A stretch of DNA of 64,000 bases from an uncultured bacterium. GTDB taxonomy: Bacteria; Bacillota_I; Bacilli_A; RFN20; CAG-826. Made by a program: the position numbers and the translations under genes. The stretch is taken from NCBI GenBank assembly GCA_949290395.1, contig CASERQ010000002.1, positions 130,727 through 194,726 on the forward strand, read 5' to 3'. This document shows positions 1 through 8,076 of this stretch, piece after piece; position 1 is the stretch's first letter, and each line of letters begins with the position of its first letter. The notes below the pieces were generated by a model, which made no database searches, had not been told where the DNA came from, and saw nothing but the letters and a program-made list of their open reading frames with translations.

Positions 1-1874
1 TGCAAAATACAGATACTAATTTTGAAACTGATTTATTTTTACCAATTATTAAAGATACAGAAAAACTCGCTAATAAACCATATGAAGGCGAATATTTAAT
101 GCCTTATAGAGTTATTGCAGACCACATTAGATCATGTACATTTGCTCTTGCCGATGGCGCTAACTTCTCTAATGAAGGGAGAGGTTACGTTTTAAGAAGA
201 ATTTTAAGAAGAGCTATGCGTTATGCTCAAAAAATAGGTTTATATGAACCATTCTTATATAAGCTAGTTGATAGTGTTATTAATGTAATGCATGATTTCT
301 ATCCTTACTTAGAAGAGAAAAAAGACTTCATTAAAAAAGTTATTAAAAATGAGGAAGAAAGATTTATTAAAACATTAAATAGTGGTGAGAATATCTTAAA
401 CACATTTATTAAAGACAAGACTGTATTAAGTGGTGAAGAAGCTTTCAAACTTTATGATACATTTGGGTTCCCAATTGAACTTACAATTGAAATTTGTGCA
501 GATAAAAATGTAAGTGTTGATATTGAAGGCTTTAAGGTTTGCTTAAATAAGCAAAAAGAACAAGCTAGAAATGCTCGTAAAAATATCGAATCTTTCAATA
601 AACAATCTAAAGACTTATTAGAGTTTAAAGAAAATAGTTTTTATACATATGATGATTTACCAGTTGAAGCTAAAATTATTGGTTTATTTAAGGACGGCGT
701 AAAAGTAGAAGAACTTGAAGATGAAGGTGATGTTATCTTCGATACCACTAATTTCTATGCTGAAATGGGTGGACAAGTTTCTGATATTGGCAAAGTTGTA
801 AGTGACGATGCTGAAGCTGAAGTTTTAAATGTTTTAACTGCACCTAATAAGCAACATTTACATCATGTCAAATTACTTTTTGGAACTTTAAAAGTTGGTT
901 CTGTTTTAAAATTAAATGTTGATCATGCTCGTCATTTCGCAATACAAAAGAACCACTCAGCAACGCACTTATTACAAGCTGCTTTAATTAATATTTTAGG
1001 CGATGAATGTCGACAAAAAGGTAGTTTTGTTAATGATGAATATTTAAGATTTGACTTCTCTTTTATGAGAAAAATTGACGATATTGAACTCAAAAAAGTC
1101 GAAAAACAAGTTAATGATTTTATTAGTCAAGGAATTGAAGAAAAAACACTTGTTTTACCAGTTGAAGAAGCAAAAAAGATTGGAGCTATCTCTCTATTTG
1201 ATGAAAAATATGGTGATGAAGTTCGAGTAGTTACATTTGGCGATGTTTCTAAAGAATTCTGTGGTGGAACTCACGTAAAGAACACAAGCGATATTGGTTT
1301 ATTTAAAATTATCAGCGAATCTTCTATTTCAAGTGGTGTTCGTAGAATTGAAGCAAAAACATCTTTAAGAGCTTATGAAGAATTCAAAAACAAAGAAGAA
1401 AGACTCAACGAAGCAAAGCAATTAATTGATGCTAAAATTGATTCTGAAATTAGTACTAAAGTTTCTAATTTAAAAGAAAGCATTGCAAATCTCGAACAAA
1501 AAGTTCAAAAGTACATCAATGAATTATCTTTAATTAAATCTGAATCTATTATAAAAGACGTTCAAGCTAATGGTTTTGCAGTCGCTTATATGAATGATTT
1601 TAATAAAGATGGACTTTTAGCTTTGCTTGACACTATTAAAGTAAAATGTAATTCCTATATTTTAGTTTTAATTGGAAAAGACAAAGGCAAATTTAATCTT
1701 GTTTGTGGAGTCAGTAAAGACAACATTGATAATGGTATTTTTGCTGGTAATGTTGTTAAGAAAGTTACATCAATTTTAGGTGGCAATGGCGGCGGAAGAA
1801 AAGACATGGCTCAAGGCAACGTTTTAAGTGTTGATAAGATTTCTTCAATTACAAAGGATTTACTTTTAAAATAA
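1..1874 (+). CDS. alaS: alanyl-tRNA synthetase, C-terminal part (5' end outside window; frame enters at nt 3)
   Basis: ORF is open in-frame to the window edge; editing-domain motifs HSATHLL and CGGTH; C-terminal GGNGGG. Confidence 0.9.
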   Translation, partial: QNTDTNFETDLFLPIIKDTEKLANKPYEGEYLMPYRVIADHIRSCTFALADGANFSNEGRGYVLRRILRRAMRYAQKIGLYEPFLYKLVDSVINVMHDFYPYLEEKKDFIKKVIKNEEERFIKTLNSGENILNTFIKDKTVLSGEEAFKLYDTFGFPIELTIEICADKNVSVDIEGFKVCLNKQKEQARNARKNIESFNKQSKDLLEFKENSFYTYDDLPVEAKIIGLFKDGVKVEELEDEGDVIFDTTNFYAEMGGQVSDIGKVVSDDAEAEVLNVLTAPNKQHLHHVKLLFGTLKVGSVLKLNVDHARHFAIQKNHSATHLLQAALINILGDECRQKGSFVNDEYLRFDFSFMRKIDDIELKKVEKQVNDFISQGIEEKTLVLPVEEAKKIGAISLFDEKYGDEVRVVTFGDVSKEFCGGTHVKNTSDIGLFKIISESSISSGVRRIEAKTSLRAYEEFKNKEERLNEAKQLIDAKIDSEISTKVSNLKESIANLEQKVQKYINELSLIKSESIIKDVQANGFAVAYMNDFNKDGLLALLDTIKVKCNSYILVLIGKDKGKFNLVCGVSKDNIDNGIFAGNVVKKVTSILGGNGGGRKDMAQGNVLSVDKISSITKDLLLK

Positions 1875-1878
1875 GATA

Positions 1879-2316
1879 ATGGAAAAATATATTGGACTAG
1901 ATTTAGGAACTAAAAGTCTTGGTATTGCAATTAGCGATTCTTTAGGTATAATTCACCCACATGAAAACTTTAATTTTGAAGTCGGAAATTATAAAAAAGC
2001 TAGAGAACATCTCATTGAAATTTTAAAGGAAGAAAACATTACAAATGTTGTGATTGGTTATCCTTTACAACTTGATCTTAACGAAGGAAAAAGATGCCAA
2101 TCTGTTAAAAGATTTATTAATGATATCTTAGTTGTAATGCCTGATTTAACCGTCTTTTATCAAGATGAAAGTTTTTCAACAATCGAAGCTCGCGAAAGAC
2201 TAAGAGAACAAAACGTTAAAGAAGTAAAAATTAAGCAAATCATTGATATGATGAGTGCTGTTGTTATTTTAGAAGATTTTATAAGGAGTAAAGTTAAAAA
2301 TGGAACCGATAAATGA
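1879..2316 (+). CDS. ruvX: Holliday-junction resolvase-like RNase H-fold protein YqgF/RuvX
   Basis: N-terminal GLDLGTKSLGIAISD motif; conserved position after alaS. Confidence 0.85.
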   Translation: MEKYIGLDLGTKSLGIAISDSLGIIHPHENFNFEVGNYKKAREHLIEILKEENITNVVIGYPLQLDLNEGKRCQSVKRFINDILVVMPDLTVFYQDESFSTIEARERLREQNVKEVKIKQIIDMMSAVVILEDFIRSKVKNGTDK

Positions 2317-2572
2317 AAATCAAATAGTAATTTATGACGAAGAAGGTAAAGAGTATTTAATGAATATCCTTTTTACCTATGAAAATCCAGATAGAAATGC
2401 ACAATATGTTTTTGTATATGACGATAATAACCCCGAAGAAGTTATCGTCATGAAATATAACGATGAACATGAATTATTCGAAGTAACTGATGAAGAGGAA
2501 CTTAAAGAAGCTGAGGAAGTTCTTGATGCTTATAACGAGGATCCTACGATTCAAGAATTTAAAGATAATTAA
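2300..2572 (+). CDS. DUF1292/UPF0473 small acidic protein (YrzB-like)
   Basis: 90 aa, DEEGKEY...DEEE pattern typical of the family found after ruvX in Firmicutes. Confidence 0.7.
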   Translation: MEPINENQIVIYDEEGKEYLMNILFTYENPDRNAQYVFVYDDNNPEEVIVMKYNDEHELFEVTDEEELKEAEEVLDAYNEDPTIQEFKDN

Positions 2573-2626
2573 TGCAAGATTTTGCTGATTTTGATATGAT
2601 ATTTAATCGATAAGTGAGGAATAAAA

Positions 2627-3109
2627 ATGGCTACAAAAGATATTATTTTAACTCAAGAAGGTCTTGACCAATTAAACGCTGAATATAGAAATTTGATTGA
2701 TGTCGAGCGTCCAGCTGTTATCGAAGCTCTTCAAAACGCAAGAGCTATGGGTGACTTAAGTGAAAACGCTGACTATGATGCTGCTAGAAATAAACAAGCT
2801 GAAATCGAAGGCAGAATCCATGAAATTGAAAACATTTTAGCTAATGCTAAAGTTGTTGAAGAAGGCAAAGGAAAAGCAAAAACAATTAACATTTCTAACG
2901 TTGTTACATTTGAAGATTTAAGTGATAACTCAACATTAACTGTTAAAATTGTTTCTAGCATTGAAGCTAATCCATTATCTAATGCTGAAAATATTAAAAT
3001 TTCCAATGAATGTCCTTTAGGTGCTGCACTTATTGGCCATAAAATTGGTGATGAAGTCGTTGTAAAAGCTAATCCAGATTATAAAGTTAGAATTATTGAC
3101 TTCAAATAA
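2627..3109 (+). CDS. greA: transcription elongation factor GreA
   Basis: 160 aa; coiled-coil N-terminus plus FKBP-like C-terminus; conserved D..E acidic tip (DYDAAR). Confidence 0.9.
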   Translation: MATKDIILTQEGLDQLNAEYRNLIDVERPAVIEALQNARAMGDLSENADYDAARNKQAEIEGRIHEIENILANAKVVEEGKGKAKTINISNVVTFEDLSDNSTLTVKIVSSIEANPLSNAENIKISNECPLGAALIGHKIGDEVVVKANPDYKVRIIDFK

Positions 3110-3136
3110 TAAAAATTTTTAAGAAATTTATTAATG

Positions 3137-3169
3137 ACTCCTTTTGTACTTTATGAAAGGAGTTTTTTT
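3137..3169 (+). terminator. rho-independent terminator after greA; 3' arm is the comEA Shine-Dalgarno
   Basis: ACTCCTTT (3137-3144) / AAAGGAGT (3156-3163), 8-bp stem, 11-nt loop, then TTTTTT. Confidence 0.55.
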
Positions 3170-3709
3170 ATGTTAAAAGTTATAGCTGTAGTCGTAGTTG
3201 CAACGATAATAGGAATTGTTGCAATGAATTTTATTCCAAAGCTCTCAGGAGGTGGCAATGAGGGCGATCCTACTCAAGTCGTTGATGATCCAAACAAGTT
3301 AACAATAGGAATCACCGGTCAAGTTGTAAAACCTGGGAATTATATCTTAGAAGCAGAGAGCACTCTCCAAGATTTAATCGATAAATCGGGAGGAGTTAAT
3401 TCAAATGCTGATGATAGATGTTATTACCTAGATTTAGAAGTTAAAGCAAATGAAGAGTATTACATAGCTCCAAAATTTGATTTAAATGATATTTGTGGTG
3501 ATGAACCTCTTCCAAAAGTTAATGTAAATGACGCTTCTAAAGAAGAACTCATGACGATAAGTGGAATTGGCGATGCAATCGCGACACAAATTGTGACTTA
3601 TCGCAATGATAATGGGATTTTCTATTGTTTAGAAGACATCATGAATGTAAGTGGTATCGGAAACGCTACTTTTGAAAAGCTTAAAGATTCAATTTATCTA
3701 CATGAATAA
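3170..3709 (+). CDS. comEA: competence protein ComEA (DNA-binding helix-hairpin-helix)
   Basis: N-terminal TM helix; tandem HhH motifs (ISGIGDAIA, VSGIGNATF); start moved to the ATG behind AAAGGAG (track ORF begins 3134). Confidence 0.8.
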   Translation: MLKVIAVVVVATIIGIVAMNFIPKLSGGGNEGDPTQVVDDPNKLTIGITGQVVKPGNYILEAESTLQDLIDKSGGVNSNADDRCYYLDLEVKANEEYYIAPKFDLNDICGDEPLPKVNVNDASKEELMTISGIGDAIATQIVTYRNDNGIFYCLEDIMNVSGIGNATFEKLKDSIYLHE

Positions 3710-3714
3710 TTAGA

Positions 3715-5730
3715 ATGTATATTTTCACGATATTATTAGTTGCTATTTCAGCACTATTAATAACGAAACTAAATACACTTGTAATCGGCATTGCTGTATT
3801 ATTCTTTTCTTTACTCATTTTTCTTAAGAAATTTCGCTTTGATAAGAAGAAATTAATAATTTACTTTTCAATATTTGGGTTATTTTTGCTTTGTGGATGT
3901 ATAAATATTAGCTCGCTTCAAGAGGCAAATAACTTTGCAGGAATAGTTATCAGGCGAAAAGAAAATTATGTTGTTGTTTTTGATGGCTTAGAACAGTTTT
4001 ATGTTTATTCGAAAAATAATGAAATTAATCTTTTTGATATTATTAAAATCAATGGAAGTTTTGGGGATATTACTTTTACAAGCATAGAAAGTGAATTTGA
4101 CTTCAAAAATTACTTAAATAAACTCGGAATTGAACGTCAAATATACCTAAATTCATATACAACATTACTAAAAAATCCTATCGATTTTAGTCTATTTAAT
4201 AATTACATATTTAATCAAATAAATAGCAAAAAATCTAAAACAATTGTAAATACATTGTTTTTAGATAATGTAAATTTTGATGATTTCTTTAAAAATAGCA
4301 TTTTAAAGAACGCAATATTCTTTTTGCTTTCTTTTTCAGGCATTTATTTTAATTATTTTATTTACAAAGCTAATTCTTTTTTTAAAAACCATTTTAATAA
4401 CAAAATTGCAACCATTTTAACCGTTTTGTTGGTCGCACCTTTATTTGTTTTAAACGTTCAAAGTTTCATTGTAAAAAGACTTTTGGTTTTTTACCTAGTA
4501 AAGTTTATTTCAAATAAATTTGGGATTAAAGATCCCTTAACAATAAAGTCTTTTTCGTATCTTGTATTACTTATAAATAAATATAATTTGTATCAATATG
4601 GTTTTATTATGCCGCTAATAATTTCAACAGTAATGAGTTTTTCAAGAATGCTTTTTAAGAGAAAAAAATGGTATATAAAAAAGTTTGCTCCAATGCTATT
4701 AATTTTTATAACTATCCTTCCTTTTAACATTCAATTTAATAACTCATTCAATGTTGTTACAATATTATTTTCATTTATTATAATGCCAATTATCCGATTT
4801 TTAATAGTTATGATGTTACCTTTAGTGATACATATCAAAATCCCGTTTTTAGAGAACATTTTAGATTTTTTCTATGATTTGATAGTTAAATTAGACATAA
4901 GTATGTTTAGTGTTAATGTGCCTCCTTTTGATGAAATAACTTTAATAATTTATTACCTAATTTTGTTTATCTTATTATATTTTTTAGAAATAAAATTTCA
5001 AAAATTTTATAAACCTGTTGCCCTTTTAATAACTTCATTTATTCTCTTGTATTCTTTACCTATAAAAAACACTTTTACATCGAAAGTATCATTTATTAAT
5101 GTCGGTCAAGGAGATTCAACGTTAATAAGAGTTAAGAATAAAACTATATTAATTGATACTGGAGGAAATTTACATAAAGATATAGCAACAAACTCTTTAA
5201 TTCCTTATTTTAAAAAGAACAGAATATATAAAATCGATGCTGTTTTTATAACTCATTATGATGTTGATCATTACTATGCTCTTGAAAGCTTAAAAGTCAA
5301 TTTTAATGTATTAAAAGTTTATGATTATAACAATTTTAATGAATATAATAACGAGATAATTCCTATATACAACTTAAATAATAATTTTTCTAATGTTGTA
5401 GATGAAAATAGTAGATCATTAGTACTTGATGTTCGAGTGGATGATAAAAAATTCCTGTTTATGGGAGATGCGCCGATTGAAATTGAAAAAAATATTTTGG
5501 ACAATTATGAAAATTTAGACTGTGATATTTTAAAAGTCGGACACCATGGTAGTGACACAAGTTCTTCTTTAGAATTTTTAAAAGAAGTTTCTCCAGAAGA
5601 AGCCGTTATTAGTTGCGGAATCAACAACTCTTATGGACATCCACATGAAGAAGTAATTAAGAATTTAGAGAAATTAAATATCAAAATTAGACGTACTGAT
5701 TTAGAAGGAACAATAGAATATACGATCTAA
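3715..5730 (+). CDS. comEC: DNA internalization competence protein ComEC/Rec2
   Basis: Polytopic membrane protein with C-terminal metallo-beta-lactamase domain (HYDVDH, GHHGS); comEA-comEC-holA-rpsT synteny. Confidence 0.85.
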   Translation: MYIFTILLVAISALLITKLNTLVIGIAVLFFSLLIFLKKFRFDKKKLIIYFSIFGLFLLCGCINISSLQEANNFAGIVIRRKENYVVVFDGLEQFYVYSKNNEINLFDIIKINGSFGDITFTSIESEFDFKNYLNKLGIERQIYLNSYTTLLKNPIDFSLFNNYIFNQINSKKSKTIVNTLFLDNVNFDDFFKNSILKNAIFFLLSFSGIYFNYFIYKANSFFKNHFNNKIATILTVLLVAPLFVLNVQSFIVKRLLVFYLVKFISNKFGIKDPLTIKSFSYLVLLINKYNLYQYGFIMPLIISTVMSFSRMLFKRKKWYIKKFAPMLLIFITILPFNIQFNNSFNVVTILFSFIIMPIIRFLIVMMLPLVIHIKIPFLENILDFFYDLIVKLDISMFSVNVPPFDEITLIIYYLILFILLYFLEIKFQKFYKPVALLITSFILLYSLPIKNTFTSKVSFINVGQGDSTLIRVKNKTILIDTGGNLHKDIATNSLIPYFKKNRIYKIDAVFITHYDVDHYYALESLKVNFNVLKVYDYNNFNEYNNEIIPIYNLNNNFSNVVDENSRSLVLDVRVDDKKFLFMGDAPIEIEKNILDNYENLDCDILKVGHHGSDTSSSLEFLKEVSPEEAVISCGINNSYGHPHEEVIKNLEKLNIKIRRTDLEGTIEYTI

Positions 5731-5744
5731 AAAATGTAAAATTA

Positions 5745-6704
5745 ATGAGTATGATTTATTTACTTTATGGAAATGAAAACACGATGATCAATAATCGTGT
5801 TAAGAAAATAAAAAGAGAAATTTTTTCTGAATCCGATGAATATATCGTTAATTTTGATTTAAAAAACGATAGTTTAGGTAGTATTATTGATGAAATTAAC
5901 CAATTTTTCTTGATTGGTGATGCAAAATTAATTGTTGTTGATAATGTAGAAATTTTTGAAAAAGAAACTAAAGATAAACAAAAAAACAACCTTTTAAAAG
6001 AACTATTTAATTCAATCGAAAACATAGGTGAAAATATAAACCTTATTTTCATCGTTCATAATTCTTCCATAAATGTAAAAAGTGATTTATATAAATTAAT
6101 ACTTAAAAATGGCAAAATTCTTGAATTTAAAGACATTCAAAAGAGTGATTGGCCGGTTTATGCTAATCAATTTTTTAAGAAAAGAAATATTACTATATCA
6201 AATGAAGCACTTAATGAACTTATAAAAAGATCAAATGGCGATTTAAATACCTTTAATAACGAAGCTAACAAACTAATTATCTATAAAATCAATAATATTA
6301 CATTAGAAGATGTAGAAGCTCTCGTTCCTCAATCACTTGATGATGATGTTTTTAAGATCATGAACTCCTTAAATGCTGGCGATAAGCAATCCGCACTTAA
6401 AGTTTATTATGATTTAAGGGTTAAAAACATTGAACCAGTTACTTTAATTAATCTTTTTGCTTCATCATTGTTATTTACACTAAACGTTAAAAATCTTTTA
6501 AACCAGAATATAAAAGTCGATGAAATAGCCAAAATTACTGGAAGTAGTACTGGAAGAGTCTATGTAACTATCAAAAACGCTAAAAATTTTTCTTTTGAAT
6601 TTATTTCTTCAAAATTAGAAAAGTTAGAAGAACTTGATCGAAAAATTAAACATAGTGAAACAGATAGATTTTTAGCTTTTGAAACCTTTTTAATTGAATA
6701 TTAA
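5745..6704 (+). CDS. holA: DNA polymerase III delta subunit
   Basis: 319 aa; begins LYGNE; conserved position between comEC and rpsT. Confidence 0.75.
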   Translation: MSMIYLLYGNENTMINNRVKKIKREIFSESDEYIVNFDLKNDSLGSIIDEINQFFLIGDAKLIVVDNVEIFEKETKDKQKNNLLKELFNSIENIGENINLIFIVHNSSINVKSDLYKLILKNGKILEFKDIQKSDWPVYANQFFKKRNITISNEALNELIKRSNGDLNTFNNEANKLIIYKINNITLEDVEALVPQSLDDDVFKIMNSLNAGDKQSALKVYYDLRVKNIEPVTLINLFASSLLFTLNVKNLLNQNIKVDEIAKITGSSTGRVYVTIKNAKNFSFEFISSKLEKLEELDRKIKHSETDRFLAFETFLIEY

Positions 6705-6713
6705 TGTTAACGC

Positions 6714-6739
6714 AAAAAAAGAGCATAACAAGTATGCTC
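6714..6739 (-). terminator. rho-independent terminator of rpsT (hairpin shared with the holA end)
   Basis: GAGCATA-loop-TATGCTC followed on the minus strand by TTTTTTT. Confidence 0.6.
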
Positions 6740-6770
6740 ATCAATTTTAAGTTTAATTAGCCGTTTTTAA

Positions 6771-7037
6771 TTACTTGCCGATTTTGTTAACTAATAATTG
6801 AAGGTTAGATTTTTGTCTGTTAGCTGTACCTTTGTGTTCGATACCTTTTGTAACAGCTCTATCAATAATGGAGAATGCTTTGACTAAAGCTTCTTTTGCT
6901 TTTGCAGCATCATTAGCTTCGCATGCAACTCTAACAGCTTTCATTGCAGTTCTTAATTTTGATTTATAAGCAACGTTTCTAACTCTAGCTTTTTCGTTTG
7001 TGAGAATTCTTTTCTTTTGTGATTTAATGTTTGCCAT
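6771..7037 (-). CDS. rpsT: 30S ribosomal protein S20
   Basis: 88 aa basic protein, MANIKSQKKR... canonical S20 N-terminus. Confidence 0.95.
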   Translation of the reverse strand: MANIKSQKKRILTNEKARVRNVAYKSKLRTAMKAVRVACEANDAAKAKEALVKAFSIIDRAVTKGIEHKGTANRQKSNLQLLVNKIGK

Positions 7038-7134
7038 AATAATTACCTCTTTCGATACGAAAAAGATTTTATCATAAAAGAAGTAAAAGCAAACACGAAT
7101 TGATAAAATAAATAGCCGGAAAGTTTAGAAAAAT

Positions 7135-8076
7135 ATGATTAAAAAAGATTTAAGAATTGTTTACCTAGGAACACCTAAAATTAGTGCTATTGTTTTAGAG
7201 AAATTAATAGCAAATGGATACAACATTGTAGCCCTTGTTTCACAAGCAGATAAGCCTCAAGGAAGAAAGATGATTTTAATGGCAACCGAAACGAAAAAAG
7301 TTGCTGAAAAGTATAATATTCCTGTTTTTCAACCTGCAAAATTGCGCGATGATTATGCTTTTTTATATGATTTAAAGCCTGATATCATTTTGACTATGGC
7401 CTATGGACAAATCATACCTAAAGTAGTGCTTGATATTCCTACATGCAGTCCTTTAAATTTACACGGCTCTTTATTACCAAAATATCGTGGAGCTAGCCCT
7501 ATTCAAGCTGCTCTATTAAATGGTGACAAAGTTACTGGCATCACATTAATGGAAATGGTTGAAAAAATGGATGCTGGCAGAATGTTTTACAAAAAAGAAA
7601 TTAACATTTCAGAAGACGATAATTACGAAACATTATCTTTAAAATTAGCCGATCTTGCTTACGAAACTTTTGATGAAGGTATTCAAGATGTAGTAGATGG
7701 AGTTAATAAAGGCGAAGAACAGGATGAAAATTTAGTAAGTTTTACTAAAAAAATTAAGTCTGAAGACTCTCAAATTACGTTTAGAGAAAATACTGATGAA
7801 ATCGTAAATAAAGTAAGAGCATTTTATCCTGATCCAGGAACATTTTTTGTTTATCAAAATGTTAAATATAAATTAGGCAAGGTTAAAAAAGTTAAAAATA
7901 TTCATAATTCAACCCCTGGTTTAATTCAAAATTATGATAAAAATGGGTTTTTTATTGAAACTGCCGATGGAGTAGTTTCAATTGAACAAATTCAAAAACC
8001 AGGAAAAAACATGATGGATTTCAAATCTTTTTTTAACGGAAATCAAAATTTATTCAAAAAAAGTGAAATTATTTAA
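7135..8076 (+). CDS. fmt: methionyl-tRNA formyltransferase
   Basis: N-terminal formyltransferase fold (IVYLGTP, HGSLLPKYRGASPIQ) plus C-terminal Fmt domain. Confidence 0.9.
   Translation: MIKKDLRIVYLGTPKISAIVLEKLIANGYNIVALVSQADKPQGRKMILMATETKKVAEKYNIPVFQPAKLRDDYAFLYDLKPDIILTMAYGQIIPKVVLDIPTCSPLNLHGSLLPKYRGASPIQAALLNGDKVTGITLMEMVEKMDAGRMFYKKEINISEDDNYETLSLKLADLAYETFDEGIQDVVDGVNKGEEQDENLVSFTKKIKSEDSQITFRENTDEIVNKVRAFYPDPGTFFVYQNVKYKLGKVKKVKNIHNSTPGLIQNYDKNGFFIETADGVVSIEQIQKPGKNMMDFKSFFNGNQNLFKKSEII

Noticed and set aside
2773-3006. Antisense and overlapping ORFs listed in the track (for example 2773-3006, 5765-6052, 9140-9550, 10450-10638, 15007-15303, 17081-17431, 17504-17814, 19181-19411, 25032-25340, 32911-33189, 36363-36578, 37317-37598, 51425-51661, 53580-53792, 55482-55820, 60084-60371)
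   Set aside because: Each lies fully inside a well-supported housekeeping gene on the opposite strand or in another frame. They are low-complexity Ser/Leu/Phe-rich translations typical of AT-rich antisense frames, with no RBS and no recognisable motifs.
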